Shown: positions 49,864-59,773, counted from the first letter of the stretch. The stretch is DNA of 64,000 bases from an uncultured Verrucomicrobiae bacterium (GCA_963836755.1 CAWIKF010000002.1:160001-224000); one strand, 5' to 3'. The notes: generated from the letters alone by a model not told the origin. A program made the numbers and translations.

Positions 49864-51720
49864 CTAGCCCTTTCTGCTCGTCGCAATCTGTAGAATGGCA
49901 ATGTCTGCTGGAGTTATGCCGCTAATGCGTGCGGCTTGTCCAAGCGTCGACGGACGGATCATTGAAAACTTTTGCCGAGCCTCGCTGCGGAGACCTTCCA
50001 CGGTGCAGTAATCCAGCTCCGGCGGAAGCGTTCGTGTTTCCAGCGCCTGAGCTTTTTTGATCGCGTCATTTTGACGAACCACATACCCAGCATATTTTTG
50101 TTCCAGTTCTAAATGTTCCCAGCTCGCAGAGCTGAATCCACGCAACACATTCTCCGGCAGAGCTTTCCAGCAATTTTCAGGGCGCTTAAGCCACTGATGC
50201 AGTTCAATGTTGTCGTGCCGAACCCTCCTCGTCTCTGAAGCGATTCGTTCGACCTCGTCTTTTCGCTGACTGAATTTTCTCCAGCGCCGGTCCGTTACCA
50301 ATCCAACTTTGTGTCCCAACGGCGTCAACCTCAGGTCGGCGGTGTCCTGTCGCAAAAGAATGCGATGCTCTGCGCGGCTCGTGAACATACGATACGGCTC
50401 CGTGGTTCCTTTGGTGACCAAGTCGTCCACCATAACGCCGATATAGGCTTCAGTCCGAGACAGTTGGATTGGAGGCTCGTTGCGGACCTTGAGAGCAGCG
50501 TTTGCCCCAGCTATAAGTCCTTGAGCCGCAGCCTCTTCATACCCGGAAGTGCCATTAATTTGCCCGGCGAAGAAGAGAGACTCGATGCGTTTGGTTTCCA
50601 GAGTGGAAGAAAGTTGCGTTGGCGGGCAAAAGTCATATTCCACTGCATAGCCGGGGCGTATGATCTCCGCACTTTCCAAGCCATTGATAGTGCGGATAAA
50701 CTCGTATTGAACCTCATGAGGCAAACTTGTGGAAACGCCGTTCACATAAAACTCGTCAGTATGACGTCCTTCCGGCTCCAGAAAAATCTGGTGCTGACTT
50801 TTCTCGGAAAATTTCACCACCTTGTCTTCTATTGAAGGGCAATATCGCGGGCCAACCCCCTCGATTCGTCCGCAATAAAGCGGAGATTTGCCGAGATTAT
50901 TGCGAATAATGTCATGCGTGTGCGCGCATGTATGGGTAATCCAACAAGGAAGTTGTTCCACATGGAACCTTCCATCTCTATAGCTGTTTAGCGTAAAAAT
51001 GTCATCAGGTTGCCGCTCCAGCAGTTCGGGGACAAAAGTGAAAAGCGGTGGCGGGTCATCTCCGGTTTGCCGCTCGCACTTGGAAAAGTCGATTGAGCGG
51101 CCGGAGATTCTGCAGGGAGTGCCGGTTTTGAACCGATCGGTCTCGAATCCAAATTGACGGAGGCTGTCGCTCAACGTCGAAGCAACGTCCCCCATCCGTC
51201 CCCCTTTTCTGCTCTCGAGGCCGACGTGCAGCAGCCCTCTCATAAATGTTCCCGTGGTGATAACTACCGCTAAGGATTGGTAGCGCGCTCCGAGGTCTGT
51301 CTCCACTCCGCACGCCCTTCCATTGGATTCCAAGATCCGGGTGGCGTTCCCTTGTTGTAAGGACAACTTCGGTTGCCGTTCGCACTCGGCTTTGGCGCGA
51401 AACTGATAGGCCTTCTTATCGCACTGTGCGCGAGGCGCGCGAACGCTCGGCCCCTTGCTCATATTCAACATGCGACACTGGATGGCGGTGGCGTCCGCGT
51501 TCACTCCCATAAAGCCGCCCAGTGCATCGATTTCGCGCACAATGTGCCCTTTGGCCAACCCGCCGATGGCTGGATTACAAGACATTTGTCCAATCGTGTC
51601 CGCGTTTTGCGTCAACATTAAGGTTTCACACCCCAGACGCGCGGACGCTAAAGCGGCTTCGATCCCTGCGTGACCCGCTCCAATGACGATGACATCGAAC
51701 CTCTGTGGATACTCAAACAT
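49864..51720 (-). CDS. mnmG: tRNA U34 carboxymethylaminomethyl modification enzyme
   Basis: GAGHAG, MSCNPAIGG, GPRYCPSIEDK, AGQINGTSGYEEA, YRMFTSRAE. Confidence 0.97.
   Translation of the reverse strand: MFEYPQRFDVIVIGAGHAGIEAALASARLGCETLMLTQNADTIGQMSCNPAIGGLAKGHIVREIDALGGFMGVNADATAIQCRMLNMSKGPSVRAPRAQCDKKAYQFRAKAECERQPKLSLQQGNATRILESNGRACGVETDLGARYQSLAVVITTGTFMRGLLHVGLESRKGGRMGDVASTLSDSLRQFGFETDRFKTGTPCRISGRSIDFSKCERQTGDDPPPLFTFVPELLERQPDDIFTLNSYRDGRFHVEQLPCWITHTCAHTHDIIRNNLGKSPLYCGRIEGVGPRYCPSIEDKVVKFSEKSQHQIFLEPEGRHTDEFYVNGVSTSLPHEVQYEFIRTINGLESAEIIRPGYAVEYDFCPPTQLSSTLETKRIESLFFAGQINGTSGYEEAAAQGLIAGANAALKVRNEPPIQLSRTEAYIGVMVDDLVTKGTTEPYRMFTSRAEHRILLRQDTADLRLTPLGHKVGLVTDRRWRKFSQRKDEVERIASETRRVRHDNIELHQWLKRPENCWKALPENVLRGFSSASWEHLELEQKYAGYVVRQNDAIKKAQALETRTLPPELDYCTVEGLRSEARQKFSMIRPSTLGQAARISGITPADIAILQIATSRKG
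50954..50969. promoter_or_regulatory. parS-like site inside mnmG
   Basis: TGTTCCACATGGAACC versus consensus TGTTNCACGTGNAACA; encodes RFHVEQ. Confidence 0.7.
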
Positions 51721-51735
51721 GTTCCACGTAGAACT
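51720..51735. promoter_or_regulatory. parS-like site in the cdd-mnmG gap
   Basis: TGTTCCACGTAGAACT fills the whole intergenic gap. Confidence 0.7.
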
Positions 51736-52127
51736 TAAAGGTTGAGAATGCCATTTTTAGCTCGCGGCAGCAATTCCGTTAAGCGCATCGCAACGACTAA
51801 TCCCGACAAATTAGCGGATTTGACTTCCATATCCGGTGCAAATTCCGCCATAACCTGCCGACAGGCTCCACAAGGTGCGACTGGCTCAACCGAGTCGGCA
51901 ACGATTACGATTTCCGCGAACTTGAGGATCCCAGCGCCCACCGCAGAAAAAATAGCGCTTCTTTCCGCGCAACAGGTCAGGCCAAAGGAGATATTTTCGA
52001 CATTGGCGCCGGTAAAGACGTTCCCATTCAAAGTCAACAGAGCAGCTCCAACTTTAAAGTGCGAATATGGCGCATAGGCACGCAAACGAGCCTCGACCGC
52101 AAATTGGAAGAGTGTTTGGAATTCCAC
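51735..52127 (-). CDS. cdd: Cytidine deaminase (homotetrameric type); start uncertain (GTG 52127 or TTG 52178)
   Basis: AYAPYS.FKVGAA, NVEN, CAER, PCGACRQ. Confidence 0.93.
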   Translation of the reverse strand: MEFQTLFQFAVEARLRAYAPYSHFKVGAALLTLNGNVFTGANVENISFGLTCCAERSAIFSAVGAGILKFAEIVIVADSVEPVAPCGACRQVMAEFAPDMEVKSANLSGLVVAMRLTELLPRAKNGILNL

Positions 52128-52199
52128 AGAAAAGTTGAGTGCAGATTCGATTTCGCTATTTACAGCGACGGACGACAATTGTATTCAAAATAGCTTGCT

Positions 52200-53273
52200 A
52201 TGCAAACTGTCGCTGAGTCTCCCACCTTCGCTGACGCAGAAGTAAATCGGCAGCTCTCTTCCGCCTCGAAGATCGGCTTTCTCCGCCATATGTTTCGCAT
52301 CCGTCGGTTCGAGCAGCTTGCGCTCAAATGCTACAACCAAGGCAAAATGGGGGGCTTTCTGCACCTTTACATTGGCCAGGAGTCCGTCGCGGTTGGCACC
52401 ATTTCGCTGCTCGGAGCCAATGATCATGTGATAACCGCCTACCGCGATCACGGGCATGCATTGGCCGTCGGAATGTCGATGAATGAATGCATGGCGGAGC
52501 TTTTCGGGAAGGTTACCGGCTGCTCCAAAGGGAAGGGTGGATCGATGCATTTTTTTGCTCCCGATAAGAACTATTGGGGCGGGCATGGGATCGTCGCGGG
52601 ACAAACTCCGCTGGGGCTCGGGTTAGCTTATGCTCTCAAATACAAGGGCTTACGCGGATGTTCTCTTTGCTATCTCGGAGACGGAGCGGTTAATCAGGGG
52701 GTATTTCATGAGTCGCTGAATCTTGCGGCGCTGTGGGACCTTCCCGTGATTTACATTATTGAAAACAATCAATATTCGATGGGCACCAGTCTCGAGCGCT
52801 CATCCTCCTTCAAAGACTCCCTGGCGCAACGTGCTGATGCTTACAACATCGCTTGGGACATCGTTAACGGAGAGGATATCTACGAGGTCCGGGCCAAAAC
52901 GCACGTCGCGATCGAACGCGCTCACGTGGAGGTGCGGCCGACCATTTTGGAGATCGCGACCTATCGCTATTACGGGCACTCTGTGGCGGACGCCAACGCG
53001 AAAAAATATCGACGGCCGGAAGAAATCGAGGATTACAAGGCAAACCACGATCCGCTGCGTCTTTGGCAGAAACAAGTGATCGAGGAGGGATTAATCGATG
53101 AAGCCTCGGCCCATGAGATGGATTTGGAAGCAAAGCACGAAGCAGAAGAGGCGGTAAAATTCGCTGAAGAAAGTGCTTATCCCACCGAAGCGGACATCTT
53201 CAAGGACGTGTATTACGAAGTTGATCATGCATCTCAAAGCGCAAACCGCGGCAAGCACTTTTTTAACGAATAG
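52200..53273 (+). CDS. pdhA: Pyruvate dehydrogenase E1 alpha
   Basis: GFLHLYIGQE, GGSMH, GDGAVNQG..ENN, TYRYYGHS. Confidence 0.93.
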   Translation: MQTVAESPTFADAEVNRQLSSASKIGFLRHMFRIRRFEQLALKCYNQGKMGGFLHLYIGQESVAVGTISLLGANDHVITAYRDHGHALAVGMSMNECMAELFGKVTGCSKGKGGSMHFFAPDKNYWGGHGIVAGQTPLGLGLAYALKYKGLRGCSLCYLGDGAVNQGVFHESLNLAALWDLPVIYIIENNQYSMGTSLERSSSFKDSLAQRADAYNIAWDIVNGEDIYEVRAKTHVAIERAHVEVRPTILEIATYRYYGHSVADANAKKYRRPEEIEDYKANHDPLRLWQKQVIEEGLIDEASAHEMDLEAKHEAEEAVKFAEESAYPTEADIFKDVYYEVDHASQSANRGKHFFNE

Positions 53274-53284
53274 TTAACGCTAGT

Positions 53285-54262
53285 ATGCCACTTCTCACAT
53301 ATCGAAAAGCGCTCAACGATGCCCTGGCAGAGGAAATCATGCGGGACGAAAACGTCTTTGTCATCGGGGAAGAGGTCGCCGAATACAATGGCGCTTACAA
53401 GGTCACCGAAGGTCTTTGGCATCGCTTCGGCGATAAACGAGTCGTGGACGCTCCGATTAGTGAAGCCGGTTTTATCGGACTGGGCATCGGCGCTTCGATG
53501 CTCGGCCTACGCCCCGTGATCGAGTTGATGTTCTGGAGTTTTGCTTACGTCGCCTACGATCAAATCGTCAATAACGCAGGCTGCGTCCGCTACATGTCCG
53601 GCGGCCTCATTAACTGCCCAATCGTTATTCGCGGACCGGCTAACGGGGGGACCAATGTCGGCGCGACGCATTCGCACACTCCTGAAAACCTTCTCGCAAA
53701 TGTTCCAGGGCTCAAAGTCGTCGCACCGGCTACAGCTTACGATGCGAAAGGGCTTATGAAATCCGCCATCCGGGACAACGATCCGGTCTTTGTCATGGAA
53801 AACACGCTTCTCTACGGCGAGCAATGGGAAGTGCCCGAGGAGGAGTATCTTGTTCCGCTGGGTTCCGCGGAAGTCAAACGCGCGGGCTCTGACATTTCTC
53901 TCATCGCACACGGTCGATCGGTCATCACTGCGCTCGCAGCGGCCGAAACGCTCGCATCCGAATACAAAATCAACGCGGAAGTCGTCGATCTTCGTTCCAT
54001 CCGCCCGCTGGACGAAGAGACGATTTTGCAAAGCGTTCGCAAAACCCATCGTGCTGTAGTGGTGGATGAAAGCAAACCGTTCTGCGGAATCAGCGCCCAG
54101 ATCGCTGCGATGCTTCAGGAAAAAGTTTTCGACGATCTCGACGCACCGATTGGCCGCGTCAACACGCTCGACGCGCCGGCAATTTACAGTCCGCCCGTCG
54201 AAAAACTTCAGCTGCCGAATGTCGCACGCATCGTTGACAAAGTGCTGGCTGTTTGCGCCTGA
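53285..54262 (+). CDS. pdhB: Pyruvate dehydrogenase E1 beta
   Basis: GEEVAEYNGAYKVT, DAPISE, DAKGLMKSAIRD. Confidence 0.93.
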   Translation: MPLLTYRKALNDALAEEIMRDENVFVIGEEVAEYNGAYKVTEGLWHRFGDKRVVDAPISEAGFIGLGIGASMLGLRPVIELMFWSFAYVAYDQIVNNAGCVRYMSGGLINCPIVIRGPANGGTNVGATHSHTPENLLANVPGLKVVAPATAYDAKGLMKSAIRDNDPVFVMENTLLYGEQWEVPEEEYLVPLGSAEVKRAGSDISLIAHGRSVITALAAAETLASEYKINAEVVDLRSIRPLDEETILQSVRKTHRAVVVDESKPFCGISAQIAAMLQEKVFDDLDAPIGRVNTLDAPAIYSPPVEKLQLPNVARIVDKVLAVCA

Positions 54263-54270
54263 TATTTCCC

Positions 54271-55536
54271 ATGTCAATTCCCATCGAGATGCCCAAGCTG
54301 AGCGACACCATGACGGAAGGAACGCTCGTCAAGTGGCACAAAAAAACTGGCGACAGCATTGCGATCGGCGATGTGCTGGCGGAGATCGAGACGGACAAGG
54401 CGACCATGGAAATGGAAGCATTTGATGAGGGCACACTTGGCGAGATTTTCGTGCCGGAGGGAGGCAAAGCCGCGATCGGCGAAAAGTTGGCTGTGCTTCT
54501 TTCAGCCGGTGAAAAAGCGGAGTCTGTCAGCAAAACCGCAGAAAAAGCGACAGCATCAAAAGCTGCGCAACCAGCTCCTGCCGAACAAAAGCCCGAGGCT
54601 GCACCGGCCATGCCCGTCGCCAAAGCAAGCGGATCTTCATCAACAGGCAATGGACGCGTCCTCGCGTCGCCGCTCGCCAAGAAAATCGCGGCGGAAAAGC
54701 ATATCGATCTCCAGGGAATAACGGGCACCGGACCGGGCGGACGAATCGTCGAGCGCGATCTGGTTGGAAAAAAGTCCACGGTCCCACAAGCCGCGGCTGC
54801 AGCCAAAGCGCCGCCGGCAGCCCCGCCAGCAGCGGCAGGCGAGGGAGATCAGCGCATTTCACTTTCCGGGATGCGCAAGACGATTGCCAGCCGCCTGGTC
54901 GAGAGCAAAACACAGATTCCGCACTTTTACCTCAATATCGAAGTGGATGCTGGCGAACTGATGCGGCTGCGGGCGGAAATCAATGCCGCCGCCGAAGCGT
55001 CTGGGCAGCCGAAGCTCACGGTCAACGATTTCGTGCTGAAGGCCAGCGTCGCGGCTGCGGTGAAAGTGCCAAAGGTCAATGCGGCGTGGGCCGGCGACGC
55101 CGTCATCCAATACGCGAATATCAACCTCGCCGTCGCCGTCGCCATCGATGATGGACTTGTCACGCCAGTTATTCGCGCGGCGCAGGCGAAAGGGCTGCGC
55201 GCCATTAACGAAGCTGTGAGGGATCTGGCGACTCGCGCTCGGAACAAAAAACTGAAGCCCGAAGAATATCAGGGCGGCACGTTCACCGTTTCAAATCTCG
55301 GCAGCTACGGCATCGAAAGTTTTTCCGCGATCATCAATCCTCCGCAGGCGCTCATTCTTTCCATTGGATCGATCGTTAAAAAACCTGTTGTCGATGCGAA
55401 AAATCAGATCGTGGTCGGACAGCGCATGTCCATCGGCATGAGTTGTGATCATCGGGTCATCGACGGCGCGATCGGAGCCGAGTATTTGGCCGAGCTTCGC
55501 CGGCTCATCGAAAACCCGGCGTTGATGTTGCTTTAG
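54271..55536 (+). CDS. pdhC: Dihydrolipoamide acetyltransferase E2 (single lipoyl domain)
   Basis: ETDKA lipoyl site, ASPLAKK E3-binding domain, DHRVIDG. Confidence 0.95.
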   Translation: MSIPIEMPKLSDTMTEGTLVKWHKKTGDSIAIGDVLAEIETDKATMEMEAFDEGTLGEIFVPEGGKAAIGEKLAVLLSAGEKAESVSKTAEKATASKAAQPAPAEQKPEAAPAMPVAKASGSSSTGNGRVLASPLAKKIAAEKHIDLQGITGTGPGGRIVERDLVGKKSTVPQAAAAAKAPPAAPPAAAGEGDQRISLSGMRKTIASRLVESKTQIPHFYLNIEVDAGELMRLRAEINAAAEASGQPKLTVNDFVLKASVAAAVKVPKVNAAWAGDAVIQYANINLAVAVAIDDGLVTPVIRAAQAKGLRAINEAVRDLATRARNKKLKPEEYQGGTFTVSNLGSYGIESFSAIINPPQALILSIGSIVKKPVVDAKNQIVVGQRMSIGMSCDHRVIDGAIGAEYLAELRRLIENPALMLL

Positions 55537-55557
55537 GTGCGAAGTCTTTGCGCTGCG

Positions 55558-56889
55558 TTAATGCAGACGGACGCCTTCTTCCTCGAGAACTTTGAAAATC
55601 GTTTCGAGCATGTCGGCAAAATGCTCGCGAACTACTTCATCAGCGGCATTGCTGCGCAAAGCCTGAAACGCGTCGTAGCTTTCGCGTAACTTTAATCCCA
55701 GCAAGTTGGTGAGCTGCGCGCGATCGTCTCCTCCATGCGACGCCGCTGCGGCGCGATCTTCGTGATCGGAAGCCAGTTCTTCCAGGCGATGACGCAGCTC
55801 GCTGACGGTTTCTTCGAGCTGCGCATTGTGTCGCTGGAGCGCTTCGACGTCAGCGGGAGTTTCCTCGGGTGCGGTGCCGCGTTCGCGACGTGACGAACGG
55901 CCGCGACCGCCGCCTTCGCGTTGCGCCAGCGTCCGTGCTTCGTGCAATTCTTTTCGCAAAGAAGTCACGTGCGCCTCAATCTGCCGCAAAGCCTGGTTGA
56001 GATCAAAAGCAGCGCCGCTTTCGCGCCGTTCACGCGGAGCGGCGCGCCGCTCGCCGCGCGTGCTCGCTACCATGCGTTCGACTGCGGATCCAGTTGCGGC
56101 GCGGGCCTCGTCTTCTTCGGACATCGGTTCAGCGTCGGCGGATTCAGCCGACTGTTCCGTTTCCTCGCCCTTGTCCGGAACGACTTCCGCGATCGCAGCG
56201 GGCAATTCCGGCACCTCTTTTTTCAATTCATTTTTAAAGCGGGAGCTCCAGCGTTTCACCGCCTTCGCGATGAGCGCGCACTGGTTTTCATCAAGTTTTG
56301 CGAGCCAGCCAATCGCGGAGAGCCACCGGACAAGGGCGAGCTGCGTGAACGGCGCACATGGCGTGTCGAAGCAAACTTCGACCGCGCAGGCGATCACGGG
56401 CTCAGGCGCGCCCCACGATCCAACGGCGAGATTTTGCAGCCACGGTTTGCCTTTGCCGACAAACACGTTTGCAAATGTCTGGCAATCGCGCGCAGACATC
56501 GCGCCATCCACTCGCATGTCGCGGCAGACATCGGTCGCTATTTTTTCCACAGCCTCCGGGTCGACGGCGAAAAGGCCGCGCGCGATGCTCAGGCGCAGCC
56601 GTTTGCCCGCATCGGATTTTTGTTCGGAGAGCGAGTGAAGCAGCAGCTCCCGCACATCCGGCTGCAGGTCGGGCCACGTGGCGACGACCGCAGTCACGCC
56701 GACATTCCATGGGAAAGTCACGAGCGCGTCGACAGCCGCCGGGATACCGCCGCTGCCGGAAAGCAATAGTTCCTTCGCGAGATGCACCGCCTCATCTTCC
56801 TGCGCGGGAGTCAGCCGCGCGGTGGCCGGCGGCCTCGCAGGCGGCGGGACGGTTTCCATCGGTTCCGAAGATTCGGCGTTTTCTGTCAT
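55558..56889 (-). CDS. Hypothetical helical/coiled-coil protein
   Basis: Long ORF with coding-like composition: helical N-domain, acidic linker, two coiled-coil segments. Confidence 0.7.
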   Translation of the reverse strand: MTENAESSEPMETVPPPARPPATARLTPAQEDEAVHLAKELLLSGSGGIPAAVDALVTFPWNVGVTAVVATWPDLQPDVRELLLHSLSEQKSDAGKRLRLSIARGLFAVDPEAVEKIATDVCRDMRVDGAMSARDCQTFANVFVGKGKPWLQNLAVGSWGAPEPVIACAVEVCFDTPCAPFTQLALVRWLSAIGWLAKLDENQCALIAKAVKRWSSRFKNELKKEVPELPAAIAEVVPDKGEETEQSAESADAEPMSEEDEARAATGSAVERMVASTRGERRAAPRERRESGAAFDLNQALRQIEAHVTSLRKELHEARTLAQREGGGRGRSSRRERGTAPEETPADVEALQRHNAQLEETVSELRHRLEELASDHEDRAAAASHGGDDRAQLTNLLGLKLRESYDAFQALRSNAADEVVREHFADMLETIFKVLEEEGVRLH

Positions 56890-56979
56890 GTCAAAAAAGA
56901 TTTAGGTGAGATCGGAGTAAACAGCAATTTCGTTCGCACCTTCGCGCTTGGCACCCCTGATGCTTAAGCAGAAATGTGC

Positions 56980-57162
56980 ATGACTGAAACTAGAAAGCCC
57001 GTGGCTCTCTCGCAAGAACAAGCCAGGGCGCTCAAGAAAAAACTGCGAAGCCTTCGCTGGCATCCCGAAGCAGTCATGCGCGAGATCGCGCTCATCCAGA
57101 AATTGCGCCTCCTCGTCGAGGCGCCTCAAAGTTCGCTCCGCAATCCGGAGCAACTGGGCTAA
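56980..57162 (+). CDS. 60-aa hypothetical protein
   Basis: MTETRKPVALSQEQARALKKKLRSLRWHPEAV... basic helical peptide filling the gap. Confidence 0.45.
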   Translation: MTETRKPVALSQEQARALKKKLRSLRWHPEAVMREIALIQKLRLLVEAPQSSLRNPEQLG

Positions 57163-57183
57163 AACAGAAGCCGCGCCTAAGAA

Positions 57184-57513
57184 TCATTTTGCCGAAACCT
57201 TCCAGTAGTCAAAACGTCCGCGGATGTGCTTCTCGAAATAATGTCCCTTCGATTCAGCGGCCATGAAGTTCTTGAAAGTCTGCAGCGGCACATTCGCGTA
57301 GCGGTAAGCTTCGCCTGAAGCAAAAACCACCTGCAGCGTTTTCGTCGCGTGATGGTATCCAATGGCGCGGATCGCTTGCGAATCCACCGGAAACAGTTTG
57401 ATCCAATGAATCACCGGCGGCTCCGCGCGAAGGTCTGACGTTGACATCACATACATCGAACCAACAACGCAAAAGATACCTCGGAAGAAACGGAAGCAAC
57501 CTTTGAAGTTCAT
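57184..57513 (-). CDS. KTSC domain protein with N-terminal extension
   Basis: VDSQAIRAIGY..TLQVVF.SG..YRY.NVP...F..AESKG.YF...IRG. GGAGG RBS before ATG 57513. Confidence 0.85.
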   Translation of the reverse strand: MNFKGCFRFFRGIFCVVGSMYVMSTSDLRAEPPVIHWIKLFPVDSQAIRAIGYHHATKTLQVVFASGEAYRYANVPLQTFKNFMAAESKGHYFEKHIRGRFDYWKVSAK

Positions 57514-57532
57514 TGTTCCTCCCCAAACTCTT

Positions 57533-59104
57533 TTAGCTTGGCTCGATGCGCGGGAAAAGCGGTGTCGGCTTTCCAAGTTGATGACCATCCGGAAGGCCGC
57601 CCCATATCGTTTCGGCCAGCTTGAAGCGCGACTCCTTTCCTGCCTCGTTCAGCTTCCAGTTGAGCTGATCAAAGATCCCGTGCGCAGCTTTTGGTAAAAC
57701 CGGTGAGATCAAGATGGCTATGACGCGAAGTGACTCTGCGAGAGTATAGAGAACGGCATCGAGGCGCTCGGCCTGCGCGGGGTCTTTGGCTAGCTTCCAC
57801 GGTGCCAAAAAATCTACAGCCGCATTGCAGCTACTTACTAGAACGCGAACATTCTCCACTGCTACTTGGAGCTCAAAAGTCTCCATATATCGTGCGTAAC
57901 ACGAAGATCCTTCAACGCCGAACCTTCGCATCTGAGCCAGATATTCTTCATCGTATGCGTTCTTGATTAGGCATCCTTCCCGATACTGGAGAACCATTTT
58001 TAGAACCCGATTAAGCAAATTCCCCAAGTCGTTTGCGAGGTCGGTGTTGTAACGCTGAACCAATCGCTCCTCGGAAAAATCGGCGTCCTTTCCCGTTGAG
58101 ATGTCGCTCATCAAATAGTAGCGCAAAGCTTCCGCGCCGTATTTGTGCGCGAGTGCGTCGGGGTCGATGGCATTGCCTAGACTTTTACTCATCTTTGCGC
58201 CAGCGATATTCCACCAGCCATGAACAAGGAGCTGTGGCATCTCGTCGTCGGCGAACCCGAGCGCGTGCAGCATGATGGGCCAATAGACTCCATGTGCAGG
58301 AATGAGGATATCTTTCCCGATGACATGCAAAGCAGGCCATAGCTCGCGAAACCGCTTGTTTGCAGCATTCGCGGTAGGATCATAGTCCGCGAAGCTGATG
58401 TAGTTCACCAGCGCATCGAACCAGACATAGGTGACAAAGTCGGGATCAAAAGGAAACTCTATGCCCCATGCAAGCCGTGCCTTTGGTCGCGAGATGCAAA
58501 GGTCACCGGAAAGTTTTTCGACGGCGTTGATGAGTTCGTTTTGTCGAAAGGAAGGAGTTACAAACCTTTCATGACTCATGATGAAACCAAGTAGCCACTC
58601 TTTGTGCTCTGCTAGCTTGAAGTAGTAGTTCTCTTCTTCACGAAACTCCACCTGGCCCCACTCCGGGCCAAACTCGCCGTCCGGTCCGCGTTCTTTGTCA
58701 GTGAGAAATTGTTCCTGACGAATGCTGTAGTAGCCACCTTGTTTGGCTTTGTAGAGTTGACCTTCATCGCGAAGACGCGTGAGGATTTTCCCGACACATT
58801 CTTTGTGAAGCGGATCAGTCGTCGCAGCCCATCGGTCATGGCGGACATCGAGCTTGTCCCACAGCGCGACAAACTTTTGCGTAATGCCATCGACGAACTG
58901 CTGCGGCGCGATGCCTTGCTTCTCGGCTGACTGCTGGACTTTCTGCCCGTGTTGATCGACGCCGGTTAGGAAAAAAGCGTCTTCGCCTTTCAGCCGATGA
59001 TAGCGTGCAAGCACATCGGCGAGGATTTTTTCGTAAGCGTGTCCAATGTGCGGCGCGGCATTGGTGTAATCAATCGCGGTGGTGATGAAGAACGTCTTGT
59101 CCAT
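57533..59104 (-). CDS. metG: Methionyl-tRNA synthetase (short form)
   Basis: HIGH, TGVDQHG, YVWFDAL, IGKDI, KMSKS, PLFPRI. Confidence 0.96.
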   Translation of the reverse strand: MDKTFFITTAIDYTNAAPHIGHAYEKILADVLARYHRLKGEDAFFLTGVDQHGQKVQQSAEKQGIAPQQFVDGITQKFVALWDKLDVRHDRWAATTDPLHKECVGKILTRLRDEGQLYKAKQGGYYSIRQEQFLTDKERGPDGEFGPEWGQVEFREEENYYFKLAEHKEWLLGFIMSHERFVTPSFRQNELINAVEKLSGDLCISRPKARLAWGIEFPFDPDFVTYVWFDALVNYISFADYDPTANAANKRFRELWPALHVIGKDILIPAHGVYWPIMLHALGFADDEMPQLLVHGWWNIAGAKMSKSLGNAIDPDALAHKYGAEALRYYLMSDISTGKDADFSEERLVQRYNTDLANDLGNLLNRVLKMVLQYREGCLIKNAYDEEYLAQMRRFGVEGSSCYARYMETFELQVAVENVRVLVSSCNAAVDFLAPWKLAKDPAQAERLDAVLYTLAESLRVIAILISPVLPKAAHGIFDQLNWKLNEAGKESRFKLAETIWGGLPDGHQLGKPTPLFPRIEPS

Positions 59105-59162
59105 CGGTGCGAACAAAGTGCGTAATGGTTTCGATTAAGGCAACGAGGAAGCCTTTATCGCG

Positions 59163-59432
59163 ATGCGTTCATTTGATCTTAACATAATTCTCAATCTCAT
59201 CGGCGTAAGCTGCTGGGGGGTCTGCTTTTGGTGGATGCACACCATCTCGCGGCGTCAGGAGAATATGTTGCAAGAGCTGCACAAAGTGATGCGTCGCACG
59301 GAGGAGGTGTCGAAAGCGGAGCACGAACTGATTAAGGAAGTGCACCCGAAAATCGCGAAGATCGAGGAGGATGTCGACCAAGCACTGGCGCAGGGCGTGA
59401 TGCCAGCAGAGAGTCCTAGTGCGGTTCCTTGA
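59163..59432 (+). CDS. Small membrane-anchored coiled-coil protein
   Basis: N-terminal TM helix followed by a charged helix. Confidence 0.6.
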   Translation: MRSFDLNIILNLIGVSCWGVCFWWMHTISRRQENMLQELHKVMRRTEEVSKAEHELIKEVHPKIAKIEEDVDQALAQGVMPAESPSAVP

Positions 59433-59727
59433 CGAGGCGCGTCGGCGTGCCGTCCATGCGAACTTTCATCCCAATCTCCCGGTTATTCGGATTGCTCGCA
59501 GGAATCGTGTCCGACCATTTCACCAGCCAATACGTGATGCCGCCGAAGACGCTCGGGCGCTCGAGTGTGACGGAGACGACGTAAAGTTTTTGCGTGAGAT
59601 TGCGCGAGGCGAGATCTTTCTCGGCGATGTCGAGCGCCTGGCGTGCGGAGATGGCCGGCCGCTCGGTAGCGAAAAGCGCCGGCGCGTTGCAAAGCAAAAT
59701 CGCCAGCGAAAGGATGATGAACTTCAT
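59416..59727 (-). CDS. Small secreted protein (PepSY-like N-terminus)
   Basis: Signal MKFIILSLAILLCNAPALFA and ISARQALDIAE. Confidence 0.6.
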   Translation of the reverse strand: MKFIILSLAILLCNAPALFATERPAISARQALDIAEKDLASRNLTQKLYVVSVTLERPSVFGGITYWLVKWSDTIPASNPNNREIGMKVRMDGTPTRLVKEPH

Positions 59728-59773
59728 CCGCAAAGGGATGAACCGCTTCGCGAAAATACGCAAGCCTGCCGGC

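Noticed and set aside
48567..53300. Genomic island or prophage integrated at tRNA-Pro
   Set aside because: The low-GC side is upstream of the tRNA 5' end and holds core genes (mnmG, cdd, pdhA). No integrase or duplicated tRNA end was seen.
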